A DNA stretch of 64,000 nt from Gemmatimonadaceae bacterium. GTDB taxonomy: Bacteria > Gemmatimonadota > Gemmatimonadetes > Gemmatimonadales > Gemmatimonadaceae. This document shows positions 1 through 9,652 of the stretch, in pieces; position 1 is the stretch's first letter, and each line of letters opens with the position of its first letter. The stretch spans positions 69,592 to 133,591 of the forward strand of contig JBBDYC010000005.1 of NCBI GenBank assembly GCA_040901985.1, in the 5' to 3' direction. The notes beneath the pieces were generated by a model. That model worked only from the letters and a program-made list of their open reading frames with translations, was not told where the DNA came from and searched no databases. The translations under genes and the position numbers were made by a program.

Positions 1-203
1 GCCTCGCGCAGCGCACGTGCGGCGCCCGCCACCTCGCTTGGCTGTTCGCCCCGCACACGCAGCCCCATCAGGAGGGCGGCCATCTGCGCCGGCGTCCCCT
101 CGCCGGTCATCACCGACCGAAACGCGTCGGCGGCGTCGGCCGCGTTCAGCGTTTCGCCCGCCGCGAGCCGCCGGAGGACCTGCGGCAGGGTGTTACCGCG
201 CAC
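1..203 (-). CDS. trpD: Anthranilate phosphoribosyltransferase, N-terminal part (runs off the window edge; absent from ORF track)
   Basis: Manual translation from GTG at 203: MRGNTLPQVLRRLAAGETLNAADAADAFRSVMTGEGTPAQMAALLMGLRVRGEQPSEVAGAARALRE. This is the typical TrpD N-terminal helical domain (LMGLRxxGE..E..GAARA). The start overlaps the stop of the upstream gene. Confidence 0.85.
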   Translation of the reverse strand, partial: MRGNTLPQVLRRLAAGETLNAADAADAFRSVMTGEGTPAQMAALLMGLRVRGEQPSEVAGAARALRE

Positions 204-1494
204 CAAAGCTCCGGTGGAGACGTTCCCCGAGCCGCGCCTCCGACGCGATCAGCGCGATCACGAGGCCAAGCAACCGGACGCGCTCGACATCCTCCTCGAC
301 GAAGAGTCCGCGTTGCGCGCGATTGGTCAGGTTCACGACGCCGATCAGCGTGTCGTGGAGGACGAGCGGGAACGAGATGAAGGAGCCGCTGGTGAGGTAC
401 TCGTCGCCCAGCAGGGGCTGGGCACTCGCGTCGCTGACGTCCACCACGAGCACCGGCGCCCGGTCCCGGGCGACGCGTCCGGCAATCCCTTCGCCGAGCG
501 CGATGGTGCGCCCGAGTTGCACGTGCGGCGCGAGCCCGCGCGCGGCGGCGAGGTAGAGCGTGCCGGACTCGGGGGCGGTGAGGAAGATGGAACAGCGGAA
601 CGCCTGCATATCGTCGCCGACGAGCGAGAGCAGGCCGTCCACCAGCGCGGTGGCGTCCTGGGTGCGGGCGGCGAGGTCGAGCACCTGGTCGAGCAGGTAG
701 AGCGTTCGCGTCCGCTGGCGGAGCGCCTCGCTGCGCCGGTGCAACTCGATGTGCGCCTGTTCGAGTTGACCGATGGACGCGGTCAGCTGCTGCTCCAACA
801 CGGTCAGCCGCCGCTCCATCCGGCGGGCCTCCTCGGCCCGCTTGGCCTCGTCGCGCTCCCGGGCCAGCCGCGCCGCCGGCCCTTCCGCCGGCATCTCGCC
901 AGTGTGCACCGCCAACTGCTCCTCGAGCTCGCCCAGCCGCTGGGCGTAGTCGGCGTGGACGCGCTGCGTCACGGCTTCCAACGTGGTGACCGCCTCGCGT
1001 CGGGCATCAAGCTCGGCAAACCGGAGCAGCGCCAGCTCGAAGAGTGCCACGAGCGGACCGAGCCGCTCGGTGATCCGGGTCCCGAACACGCGCTTGGGCT
1101 CGGTCGCCGCGAGGATGGCGACGAGCTGACGGTCGGCGCGGAGGCCACGGAAGAGAAGCACGTCGCCCGGTTCCGGCTCGCCCAGCCGGAGCAGGCGTGC
1201 GTAGGCCCCCTGCTCCTCGGTGAGTTCGGCGAAGGTGCCGCCTTCCTGCACCGCGCGAAGGACAGCGGCCGGCAACTGCTCGACCGAGGTCTCCAACGGC
1301 ACCCGCTCGACACGGCCGCCCACGACCCGCAGGCGCTCGCGCATCAGCGCCGTGCGCGGATCCACGCGCAGCAGCGCGAGTCCCGCATCACGGTCCGATT
1401 CGGCGAGCGCCTCGGCGAGCCGGACGAACGCGTCGTCGAGGTCTGACGCCGCCCCGAGGGCGTGCGCGAGCGATGGGAGCGTACGAGCCAGCAT
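193..1494 (-). CDS. GAF domain-containing protein (N-terminal GAF-like region, coiled coil, C-terminal GAF)
   Basis: C-terminal GAF signature (CSIFL...LYLAAARGL...GEGIAGRVA...SFISFPL...IGVVNL...F.EED) and a central E/R/Q-rich coiled coil. Start placed at ATG 1494 (MLARTL). Confidence 0.75.
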   Translation of the reverse strand: MLARTLPSLAHALGAASDLDDAFVRLAEALAESDRDAGLALLRVDPRTALMRERLRVVGGRVERVPLETSVEQLPAAVLRAVQEGGTFAELTEEQGAYARLLRLGEPEPGDVLLFRGLRADRQLVAILAATEPKRVFGTRITERLGPLVALFELALLRFAELDARREAVTTLEAVTQRVHADYAQRLGELEEQLAVHTGEMPAEGPAARLARERDEAKRAEEARRMERRLTVLEQQLTASIGQLEQAHIELHRRSEALRQRTRTLYLLDQVLDLAARTQDATALVDGLLSLVGDDMQAFRCSIFLTAPESGTLYLAAARGLAPHVQLGRTIALGEGIAGRVARDRAPVLVVDVSDASAQPLLGDEYLTSGSFISFPLVLHDTLIGVVNLTNRAQRGLFVEEDVERVRLLGLVIALIASEARLGERLHRSFGAR

Positions 1495-1543
1495 CTTGGG
1501 GCCACGGGACGGCGCACGCGGCGGTCGCGCGCACGGAGCGGGA

Positions 1544-1572
1544 AGGTTGCCGAGCGGCAGAGATGGTGTCAA
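1544..1572 (-). promoter_or_regulatory. Putative sigma70 promoter for the GAF gene/trpD
   Basis: Minus strand TTGACA-N17-CAACCT. Confidence 0.45.
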
Positions 1573-1605
1573 TCGCGCGCCGCCAATCGAGATGCCCTCG
1601 GTTCC

Positions 1606-1634
1606 TTGAAGTCGCCTCTACGGACGGGTATTTT
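1606..1634 (+). promoter_or_regulatory. Putative sigma70 promoter for truA operon (leaderless)
   Basis: TTGAAG-N17-TATTTT, 7 nt before ATG 1642. Confidence 0.55.
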
Positions 1635-1641
1635 CCCCTTG

Positions 1642-2436
1642 ATGGCGGACCGCACACTCCAGCTGGTTCTGCACTACGACGGCACGGCGTTCGCCGGCTG
1701 GCAGATCCAACCGGAGCAGCGGACCGTCCAAGGGGTCCTTGAGACGGCGATGGGTGGGCTGCTGGGCACCGGGATTCGGGTCACCGGCGCGGGGCGGACG
1801 GATGCCGGGGTGCACGCCAGGGGGCAGGTCGCCGGCGTGACCGTGCCGGATCATTGGACGCCAGAAAAGTTGCGGAAGGTCTTGAACGAGAAGCTCCCGG
1901 ACGACCTGTGGGTGGCGCAGGCGCATGCGATGCAGCCGGCGTTCCACGCCCGGTACAGCGCGACCGGTCGGCGGTACAGCTACACGGTGGGACTCGACAC
2001 GGAGGCGGCGTCGCCATTCCGGCGGCGCTGGGCCCTCCCGTGGGACCGGGCCCTCGACCGTGGCGTGCTCGACTGGTGTGCGTCGCGGCTGGAGGGTCGG
2101 CACGTATTCCGGGGATTCGCCGTGCGCGGGACCGCGCCGGCCGACGACGAACACGTGTGTGAGATTCGCTCGGCCGCCTGGCGTTCCCGCCCGGGAGATG
2201 GCACGGTCGAGGTGGTGTTCGAGATCGCCGCCGACCGGTTCCTGCACCATATGGTGCGGTTCCTCGTCGGGACGATGCTGCACGCCGCGGGCGGGGGACG
2301 GCCGAAGGAGGATTTCACCGCCCTGCTCGAGGCAAAGACGAACGACGAGGTCTCCCCGCCGGCGCCGGCGGCCGGGTTGTGCCTCGAGGAAGTGCGCTAC
2401 CCTGCCGAACTGTATCTCGCTCCCCCCGCCCCCTGA
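1642..2436 (+). CDS. truA: tRNA pseudouridine(38-40) synthase
   Basis: YDGT.F.GWQ.Q, GAGRTDAGVHA catalytic motif, FHARYSA, FLHHMVR. Confidence 0.97.
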   Translation: MADRTLQLVLHYDGTAFAGWQIQPEQRTVQGVLETAMGGLLGTGIRVTGAGRTDAGVHARGQVAGVTVPDHWTPEKLRKVLNEKLPDDLWVAQAHAMQPAFHARYSATGRRYSYTVGLDTEAASPFRRRWALPWDRALDRGVLDWCASRLEGRHVFRGFAVRGTAPADDEHVCEIRSAAWRSRPGDGTVEVVFEIAADRFLHHMVRFLVGTMLHAAGGGRPKEDFTALLEAKTNDEVSPPAPAAGLCLEEVRYPAELYLAPPAP

Positions 2437-2444
2437 CCCGAGTG

Positions 2445-3110
2445 ATGCGCCTCTACCTCGCGACCGTCGCTGCCGATGATATCCGCTGGGCCACGGCGGC
2501 CGGATTGATTGACGGCATCGTCGCGACGCCGGCAGTGCTCGCCGCCGAGCTGCCGCACGCCGATCCGCGCGAGGTGCTCGGCGAACTCGCCGAGCGGACC
2601 ACGCTCCCGATCTTCGCCAGCGTCGGCTCGCTCGACCCGGCCGAGATCGTGCGCGGCGCCAAGGCGCTTCGGAAGAGCGTCGAGCACCTGATCGTCGCCA
2701 TCCCGTTCGTCGAAGACACGCTCGGCGCCCTCCGCACGCTCAGCACCACCGGAGTCCGGTGCGCGGCAACGCTGGTGCATTCGGTGGCCCAGGGAATCCT
2801 CGCCGCCAAGGCGGGGGCCTCGCTCGTCGTCCTGCCGGTGGACGCGCTCGACACGGTCGGCGAGCGGACTGACCAGACGGTCGCCGACCTCCGCGCTGCA
2901 CTCGACCGCTCGACGGTCGAATGCGACATCGTCGTCGCCGGCCCGGCGAACGCCGCCCGGTTCGGTGCGCTCGCGACGGCGGGCGCCGATGCCGCGGTCG
3001 TCACCACGCCGACGTTGCGCGCGTTCCTCCAGCATCCGCTCACCGACCGCGGGATCGACCGTTTCCTCGCCGACGTCAGCCGGCGCACCAAGCCACGGCG
3101 CGCCAGATGA
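2445..3110 (+). CDS. Transaldolase/fructose-6-phosphate aldolase fold protein, apparently catalytically inactive
   Basis: Aligns by eye end to end with small decameric transaldolases (TLV.S..Q..LAAKAGA, C-terminal HPLTDRGIDRFLAD). The Schiff-base Lys motif VKIP reads VAIP. Confidence 0.8.
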   Translation: MRLYLATVAADDIRWATAAGLIDGIVATPAVLAAELPHADPREVLGELAERTTLPIFASVGSLDPAEIVRGAKALRKSVEHLIVAIPFVEDTLGALRTLSTTGVRCAATLVHSVAQGILAAKAGASLVVLPVDALDTVGERTDQTVADLRAALDRSTVECDIVVAGPANAARFGALATAGADAAVVTTPTLRAFLQHPLTDRGIDRFLADVSRRTKPRRAR

Positions 3111-4537
3111 CGACCGCCGTGATCCGGACCCTCCGCCGCACCGGCGCGATCGCCCTCGCGATCTTCGCCGCGTGCGATGGGGCGAACCCCCGGACGTCAA
3201 TCGCCCAGGGGTCGCCGAGCGCCCTGCCCACCCTCGACGCGTCGGCGCCGGCCATCAACGCCTCCCGGCGCACCGCAATCACCGAGGCGGTGGCGCGCGT
3301 CTCGCCGGCGGTCGTGACGGTGCAGACCGAACGGGTCCAGCGCGCCGCGGCGACGCCGTTTGACCTCTTCTTCGGCGCGCGCTCCGGCGAACAGGTCGCC
3401 GCCGGGATTGGGTCCGGTTTCATCGTCCGGGACGACGGCATCATCGTCACCAACGCGCACGTGGTCGCCGGCGCCAGCCGCGTCTCGGTGGCGCTGCAGG
3501 ACGGGACGACCTTCCCGGCCATCGTCGTCGGCGAGGACGAGCTCAACGACCTCGCCGTGCTCCGGATTGACGCCAGCGGGCTCCCCACGGCGCCCCTCGG
3601 CACGTCCCGGGGGATGTTGATCGGCGAGTGGGTCGTCGCAATCGGGAATCCCTACGGGTTCCTCCTCGGCAACCCCGAACCGAGCGTCACCGCCGGTGTC
3701 GTGAGCGGCGTCGGGCGTAACCTCACCGGGCGCGGCGACGGGCCGGGCGTGTACGTGGATATGATCCAGACCGATGCGTCCATCAACCCCGGCAACTCGG
3801 GCGGCCCGCTGATCAACGCGGCGGGCGAGGTGATCGGCGTCAACAGCTCCATCTACTCGCCGTCCGGTGGCTCGGTCGGCCTCGGCTTCGCCATCCCCAT
3901 TGACCGTGCGCGTCGGGTGGCGGACGACCTCCTGGCACACGGCAGCGTGCGGCGTCCGTGGATCGGCGTGAAGGTCCAGCAGTCCGGCTCGACGGCGTCC
4001 CGCGGCACCCTGAACGCCGGCGCGACGATCGAGCAGGTGGTCCCCGGCAGTCCGGCCGCCGACGCCGGCCTGCGCACCGGCGACGTGATCACGCAATCGC
4101 GGGACCGCCAGATCCGGAATCCCTACGACTGGGAGGCCGAGCTGCTCGAACTGCGCGTCGGCGAGCGCGCCGAACTGACCGTACGGCGTGGAGGCCGCAG
4201 CGAGCGGGTCACGGTGCGGGTGGACGACCTGCCGGAGGTGAGCGCCGAGAAGGTGGCGGTGCTGCGCGAGCTCGAGCTGGTCTCCCTCTCCGCCGCAATC
4301 CGCGTCGAGCGCAGCGTCCGCTCGTCGCAGGGCGCGGTGGTGTACCGCGTCACCGACCGCGTCTCGCAGGACTTGGGGATCCGCGCCGGGGACGTCATCA
4401 TCCAGGTGAATCGCACGCCGGTGACCGACGCGCAACAGGCCGCGCGCGTGCTCGAGTACTACATCGGCCGCGGACCCATCCGGATGTACTTCGAGCGCAA
4501 TGGCGCGATCTTCTCGACCGACTTCCGCATCCGATGA
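3107..4537 (+). CDS. HtrA/DegP-family serine protease with two PDZ domains, probable lipoprotein
   Basis: GSGFI, TNAHVV, DLAVL, IQTDASINPGNSGGPL triad motifs; two PDZ-like C-terminal regions; signal peptide ending FAAC; ATGA overlap with upstream gene. Confidence 0.93.
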   Translation: MTTAVIRTLRRTGAIALAIFAACDGANPRTSIAQGSPSALPTLDASAPAINASRRTAITEAVARVSPAVVTVQTERVQRAAATPFDLFFGARSGEQVAAGIGSGFIVRDDGIIVTNAHVVAGASRVSVALQDGTTFPAIVVGEDELNDLAVLRIDASGLPTAPLGTSRGMLIGEWVVAIGNPYGFLLGNPEPSVTAGVVSGVGRNLTGRGDGPGVYVDMIQTDASINPGNSGGPLINAAGEVIGVNSSIYSPSGGSVGLGFAIPIDRARRVADDLLAHGSVRRPWIGVKVQQSGSTASRGTLNAGATIEQVVPGSPAADAGLRTGDVITQSRDRQIRNPYDWEAELLELRVGERAELTVRRGGRSERVTVRVDDLPEVSAEKVAVLRELELVSLSAAIRVERSVRSSQGAVVYRVTDRVSQDLGIRAGDVIIQVNRTPVTDAQQAARVLEYYIGRGPIRMYFERNGAIFSTDFRIR

Positions 4538-5967
4538 GCCACGCCTCCTATCGCTCGCCGCTCGCCGACCGCTACGCCTCGCCGGCCATGCTGGAGCTGT
4601 TCAGCCCGCAGACGCGGCACGGCCTCTGGCGACGGCTCTGGCTCGCACTCGCCGAGGCAGAGCGCGACCTCGGGGTGGCGATCCCGGCCGCCGCGATCGA
4701 GGAGATGCGCGCGCACCTCGACGACATCGACTTCGCCGCGGTGGCGGCGTACGAACGGCGCTTCCGCCACGACGTGATGGCGCATATCCACGCCTTCGGC
4801 GACGTCGCCCCGGCGGCCAAGGGCATCATCCACCTTGGCGCCACCAGCTGTTACGTCACCGACAACGGCGACCTCGTCCAGATGCGGCGGGGCCTCGAAC
4901 TCCTGCGCGCCCGCGTCGTGTCGCTGCTCCGCACGCTCAGCGGCTTCGCCGGCACCTGGCGCGCCGAGCCGACGCTCGGCTATACGCACCTGCAGGCAGC
5001 GCAACTCACGACCGTCGGCAAGCGGGCGACGCTCTGGATGCAGGATCTCGTGCTCGACCTTGCCGACCTCGATCACCGGATGGCGACGCTGCCCCTCCGC
5101 GGCGTGAAGGGGACCACGGGCACGCAGGCGAGCTTCCTCGAGCTCCTCGGCGGCGACCACGCCAAGGTGCGCGAGCTGGACCGCAAGGTCTGCCAGGCGA
5201 TGGGATTCCCCGGCTCCATCCCCGTCAGCGGCCAGACGTACTCGCGCAAGCTCGACGCGCACGTCCTCGACGTGGTGGGCGGGATCGCCGCGAGCGCCGC
5301 CAAGTTCGCGTCGGACCTCCGGATGCTGCAGGCGTTCGGCGAGATCGAGGAACCCTTCGAGGCGGACCAGGTCGGCTCGTCGGCAATGGCGTACAAGCGG
5401 AATCCGATGCGCGCCGAGCGCATCAATTCGCTGGCCCGATTCGTCCACGCGCTGACCGGCACCACCAACGCGACGCACGCCGTGCAGTACTTCGAGCGGA
5501 CGCTCGACGACTCGGCGGTGCGGCGGCTGGCGATCCCGGAGGCGTTTCTCGCCACCGACGCGATCCTGATCCTGATGGAGAACATCGCGGCGGGACTTGA
5601 GGTGCATCCGGCGCGGATCCGGGCCCGGATGGCCGAGGAGCTGCCCTTCATGGCGACCGAGGCACTGCTCGTGCGCGCGGTCCAGGCGGGCGCCGACCGG
5701 CAGGCGGTCCACGAGGTGATCCGTCGGCACAGCATCGCCGCCGCCCGGGCGATGAAGGACACCGGCAAGGCGAACGACCTGCTCGAACGGCTGGCGGCGG
5801 ACCGCGAGTTCCCGGTGACGGCCGCCGACCTCCGCGCCGCCACCGACCCCCTGCGCTTCGTCGGTCGCGCGCCGGAGCAGGTGGACGAGTTCCTCGCCGA
5901 GGTGATCGGCCCGATCCTCGTCGCCGCCGGCGAGTCCGGCCCGCCGCGCGAGGCGGTGCGCGTATGA
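4534..5967 (+). CDS. purB: Adenylosuccinate lyase
   Basis: [32 protein letters not shown] signature. Confidence 0.96.
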   Translation: MSHASYRSPLADRYASPAMLELFSPQTRHGLWRRLWLALAEAERDLGVAIPAAAIEEMRAHLDDIDFAAVAAYERRFRHDVMAHIHAFGDVAPAAKGIIHLGATSCYVTDNGDLVQMRRGLELLRARVVSLLRTLSGFAGTWRAEPTLGYTHLQAAQLTTVGKRATLWMQDLVLDLADLDHRMATLPLRGVKGTTGTQASFLELLGGDHAKVRELDRKVCQAMGFPGSIPVSGQTYSRKLDAHVLDVVGGIAASAAKFASDLRMLQAFGEIEEPFEADQVGSSAMAYKRNPMRAERINSLARFVHALTGTTNATHAVQYFERTLDDSAVRRLAIPEAFLATDAILILMENIAAGLEVHPARIRARMAEELPFMATEALLVRAVQAGADRQAVHEVIRRHSIAAARAMKDTGKANDLLERLAADREFPVTAADLRAATDPLRFVGRAPEQVDEFLAEVIGPILVAAGESGPPREAVRV

Positions 5968-6896
5968 CCTCGCTCCTCGTCGGACAGACGACGCTCCCCC
6001 TCCCCCTGCTGCGCCGCGGCAAGGTGCGCGACGTCTACGAGGTGGATGAGGGTCACCTGCTGCTTGTCACGAGCGACCGCATCAGCGCCTTCGACGTCGT
6101 GATGCGCGAACTCGTGCCGTACAAGGGCGCCGTCCTGACCACGTTGACGGCGTGGTGGCTTCGGCAGTTCGAGGGGGAGGTTGCCCACCACCTCGTGACC
6201 TGCGACGTGGACGAGATCGTGCGGCGCGCGCCGGCGCTCGTCCTGCACCGCGACGAACTCGCCGGCCGCTCGATGCTTGCGGTGCGGACCACGGTGTTCC
6301 CGGTCGAGTGCGTGGTGCGCGGCTACCTCGCCGGCTCGGCGTGGAAGGAGTACCGCGCGAGCGGCACGCTGGCCGGCGAGCGACTGCCGGCGGGACTGCG
6401 CGAGAGCGCCCGCTTCGACGCACCGGTCTTCAGCCCGGCGACCAAGGCCGAGTCGGGACACGACGAAAACATCACGACCAAGGCGATGGCGCGGCTCGTC
6501 GGGGCGAAGGACGCCACGGCGCTCGAACGCCTCGCCCGGCTCGTGTACGGGCGCGGGCGCGACCTCGCCGCCGAGCGCGGGATCATCATCGCCGACACCA
6601 AGTTCGAGTTCGGGCGCACGGCGGACGGCCGCGTGCTCCTGATTGACGAGGTGCTGACGCCCGACAGCTCCCGCTTCTGGCCGGCCAGCGCGTACGCTGA
6701 GGGCAGCGCACCGCCGAGCTTCGACAAGCAACCACTCCGCGACTGGCTGGATGCCGAGCGACGCGCCGGCCGCTGGGACGGCGACGCCCCGCCCCCGACC
6801 CTGCCCGGCGAGGTCGTCGTGGCGACCAGCCGGCGCTACCTCGAAGCCTTCGAGCGCCTCACCGGCGCCCCCCTCGACCTGACCCGACTCCCGTGA
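5964..6896 (+). CDS. purC: SAICAR synthetase
   Basis: [50 protein letters not shown]. Confidence 0.97.
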   Translation: MTSLLVGQTTLPLPLLRRGKVRDVYEVDEGHLLLVTSDRISAFDVVMRELVPYKGAVLTTLTAWWLRQFEGEVAHHLVTCDVDEIVRRAPALVLHRDELAGRSMLAVRTTVFPVECVVRGYLAGSAWKEYRASGTLAGERLPAGLRESARFDAPVFSPATKAESGHDENITTKAMARLVGAKDATALERLARLVYGRGRDLAAERGIIIADTKFEFGRTADGRVLLIDEVLTPDSSRFWPASAYAEGSAPPSFDKQPLRDWLDAERRAGRWDGDAPPPTLPGEVVVATSRRYLEAFERLTGAPLDLTRLP

Positions 6897-7543
6897 ACTT
6901 CGCCCGCGAAGGCATCCCCTTCATCCTCATCGCGCTGGCGCTCGCCGCTGCCGGCTACACGCTCGCGCTGATGCGCCGCTCGTGGCCGCTCTGGCTCCTC
7001 GCGTTTGCGCTCACCGTCCTCGTGCTCTGGGTCGCCTACTTCTTCCGCGACCCCGAGCGCACCGGGGCACGCGGCGACCACCTCGTGATCTCGCCGGCCG
7101 ACGGCCGCGTGATTGACATCCGCGAGGTGGACGAGCCGGCGTTCCTCCAGGGACGGGCAATCCGGATCTCGGTCTTCATGAACATCTTCAACGTCCACGT
7201 GAATCGGTATCCGGTGGGCGGCACGGTCCAGTACGTCCATTACAATCCCGGCAGGTTCTTCAACGCCGCGGCCGAGAAGGCGTCGCTCGACAACGAGCAG
7301 ATGTCGGTCGGCGTCCAGACGGCCACGCATCGGGTGCTCTTCCGGCAGATCGCCGGCCTGGTCGCGCGCCGCATCGTCACCTACAGCCGTGTCGGCGACG
7401 ACGCCGAACAGGGGGAGCGCATGGGACTGATCCGTTTCGGGTCGCGGGTGGACGTGTTCGTGCCGGTGGGCAGCACCGTCCGCGTGGAGCTCGGGCAGCG
7501 CCCAGTCGCCGGGACCACCGTGCTCGCCGAGCTGCCGCGATGA
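6893..7543 (+). CDS. psd: Phosphatidylserine decarboxylase proenzyme (short type)
   Basis: [40 protein letters not shown] self-cleavage motif. Confidence 0.93.
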   Translation: MNFAREGIPFILIALALAAAGYTLALMRRSWPLWLLAFALTVLVLWVAYFFRDPERTGARGDHLVISPADGRVIDIREVDEPAFLQGRAIRISVFMNIFNVHVNRYPVGGTVQYVHYNPGRFFNAAAEKASLDNEQMSVGVQTATHRVLFRQIAGLVARRIVTYSRVGDDAEQGERMGLIRFGSRVDVFVPVGSTVRVELGQRPVAGTTVLAELPR

Positions 7544-8343
7544 TGGCCCGTCGCCGCTTTCCCCGCCCGTCGCTGGTGATGCTGCCCAACGGGTTCACGC
7601 TGGCCAACCTCTTCTTCGGCATCTTCGCAATCGTCGCGTCATCGCGCGGCTATCACGTGCAGGCCGGCTGGTACATCGTCATCGGCGGCTTCTGCGACGT
7701 GCTCGATGGACGGATCGCCCGGGCCACCAACACCGGCAGCCCGTTCGGCGAGGAACTCGACTCGCTGGTGGACGCCATCTCGTTCGGCCTCGCGCCGGCG
7801 CTCATCATGTACTTCGCCGTGCTCCGGCACTCGGGCTGGGACTGGATCCTCGTCTTCCTCTTCTGCGCCTGCGCGGTGATGCGGCTGGCGCGCTTCAACG
7901 TCGAGTCGGCCGGGAAGAAGACGGCCTACTTCAAGGGACTGCCGACCCCCGCCGCCGGGGGCACGTTGGCCACGTACTACTGGTTCAGCCAGACGCCGCT
8001 GTACAACGAGACCTTCCTCGGGGCGTGGCCGTGGGAGGTCATCCTGCGCTTCCTGATGGTCGCCCTGAGCTTCCTGATGATCAGCAACGTCCCCTACCCG
8101 GGGTGGCCGAAGCTGTCGCTGCGCACGGTCCACGGCGCGTCGGCGATCGTCGTCTTCATCGCCAGCATCTTCGCCCTGTTCTTCCTGCCGAAGGAATTCT
8201 TCTTCCCCTTCGGCGTGCTCTACGTGACGCTCGGCGTGATCCTCGCCGTCGCGCGCGGCGTGTTCGAACTCCCGTCGCCCTTCGACGACCCGGACGAGGT
8301 CGAGGCCGACGCCAACTCCCCCGACGAGGCCCGTCCCGCGTGA
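7540..8343 (+). CDS. pssA: CDP-diacylglycerol--serine O-phosphatidyltransferase
   Basis: PNGFTLANLFFG, D.LDGRIAR...S.FG.ELDSLVD CDP-alcohol motif, RLARFN; adjacent to psd. Confidence 0.92.
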   Translation: MMARRRFPRPSLVMLPNGFTLANLFFGIFAIVASSRGYHVQAGWYIVIGGFCDVLDGRIARATNTGSPFGEELDSLVDAISFGLAPALIMYFAVLRHSGWDWILVFLFCACAVMRLARFNVESAGKKTAYFKGLPTPAAGGTLATYYWFSQTPLYNETFLGAWPWEVILRFLMVALSFLMISNVPYPGWPKLSLRTVHGASAIVVFIASIFALFFLPKEFFFPFGVLYVTLGVILAVARGVFELPSPFDDPDEVEADANSPDEARPA

Positions 8344-8597
8344 CGCCGTTTCGAGTGTCCGTCCACATCGTGCCCCGTCGGGGGCTGCTCGATCCGCAGG
8401 GCAAGGCGGTCGCCGACGCGCTGCACACGCTCGGCTTCACCGGTGTCGGCGACGTGCACGTGGGGCGCCACCTGGTGATCGAGGTGCGGGCCGCCGACGC
8501 GCGCGGCGCCGAGGACGCGGTGCGCTCGATGTGCGAGCGCCTCCTCGCCAATCCGGTGACCGAGGACTTCGAGATTGCCGCGGTGACGGCCGCATGA
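8340..8597 (+). CDS. purS: FGAM synthase subunit PurS
   Basis: LLDPQGKAV and [10 protein letters not shown] motifs; GTG start overlapping the pssA stop. Confidence 0.93.
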   Translation: MTPFRVSVHIVPRRGLLDPQGKAVADALHTLGFTGVGDVHVGRHLVIEVRAADARGAEDAVRSMCERLLANPVTEDFEIAAVTAA

Positions 8598-9286
8598 AGG
8601 TCGGCGTCGTCACCTTCCCGGGGTCGAATTGCGACGAGGACGCGCTGCTCGCCGTGGTCGAGCACCTCGACGAGGAGGCGGTCCTCCTCTGGCACAAGGA
8701 CCACGACCTGCAGGGAGCCGACGTCGTCATCCTGCCCGGCGGCTTCAGCTACGGCGACTATCTCCGCTCGGGCGCCATCGCCCGCTTCTCCCCGATCATG
8801 CGGGAAGTCGTCGCCCACGCGCGGCGGGGCGGACCGGTGATCGGCATCTGCAACGGATTCCAGATCGCCTGCGAGGCGGGACTCCTGCCGGGGGCGCTGC
8901 TCCGCAACGAGAGTCTGCAGTTCCGCTCGATGCCGGTCACGCTCCGCGTCGAGACGACCGACACGGTGTTCACGCGGGCGGCGGCCGTCGGCGCGTGCCT
9001 GACGATGCCAATCGCCCACGGGGATGGCCGCTTCACCGCCGACGACGCCACGCTCGACCGCCTCGAGGGCGAGGGCCGCGTCGTCTTCCGGTACGTGGAC
9101 GCCGACGGCAAGGCCACCGTGGCGGCCAACCCAAACGGCGCCCTGCGCAACATCGCCGGCATCGCCAACGAATCGGGAACCGTCGTCGGCCTGATGCCCC
9201 ATCCCGAACGCGCCCTCGACCCGCTGCTCGGCAGCACCGACGGCCTGGTGCTCTTCCAAAGCCTTCTCGCGCACGTGCAGGTGTGA
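8594..9286 (+). CDS. purQ: FGAM synthase glutaminase subunit
   Basis: [33 protein letters not shown]. Confidence 0.97.
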   Translation: MKVGVVTFPGSNCDEDALLAVVEHLDEEAVLLWHKDHDLQGADVVILPGGFSYGDYLRSGAIARFSPIMREVVAHARRGGPVIGICNGFQIACEAGLLPGALLRNESLQFRSMPVTLRVETTDTVFTRAAAVGACLTMPIAHGDGRFTADDATLDRLEGEGRVVFRYVDADGKATVAANPNGALRNIAGIANESGTVVGLMPHPERALDPLLGSTDGLVLFQSLLAHVQV

Positions 9287-9297
9287 GGGGCGCCGTT

Positions 9298-9325
9298 CCT
9301 CCCACCTTCCACCTTCCACCTCCCA
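9298..9325 (+). repeat. Heptamer tandem repeat (CCTYCCA x4)
   Basis: CCTCCCA CCTTCCA CCTTCCA CCTCCCA read directly. Confidence 0.85.
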
Positions 9326-9337
9326 CCGGCGGTCCCC

Positions 9338-9652
9338 ATGCCCATCGAGAACAAGCCATCGCGCAACGAGGACGAGTACTTCGTCAAGCAGGACGCCGAG
9401 TTGATCAAGGCGCAGCGCGCCAAGCTCGACGCCGAACGCGCCGCCGCCCAGCGCGCCGAGCACTATATGAAGTGCCCCAAGTGCGGGCACGACCTCGCCG
9501 AACAGGACTTCGGCCCGATCAAGGTGGACGCCTGCACCAACTGCCACGGGATGTGGCTCGACAGCGGCGAGATGGAGATGATCTCGCGCGTGCGGCCGAG
9601 CGCCGCCGGCGGGTTCGTCCGCGACCTCTTCAAGGGGTTCCGCGACAAGTGA
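9338..9652 (+). CDS. Small zinc-ribbon (zf-TFIIB-like) protein
   Basis: MKCPKC...[16 protein letters not shown] zinc ribbon after an N-terminal EDEYF helix; stop overlaps the purL start. Confidence 0.88.
   Translation: MPIENKPSRNEDEYFVKQDAELIKAQRAKLDAERAAAQRAEHYMKCPKCGHDLAEQDFGPIKVDACTNCHGMWLDSGEMEMISRVRPSAAGGFVRDLFKGFRDK

Noticed and set aside
8629..9648. Apparent 340-aa N-terminal extension of PurL (1109-aa ORF)
   Set aside because: It overlaps purQ and the zinc-ribbon gene in another frame; PurL homology starts at GTG 9649.
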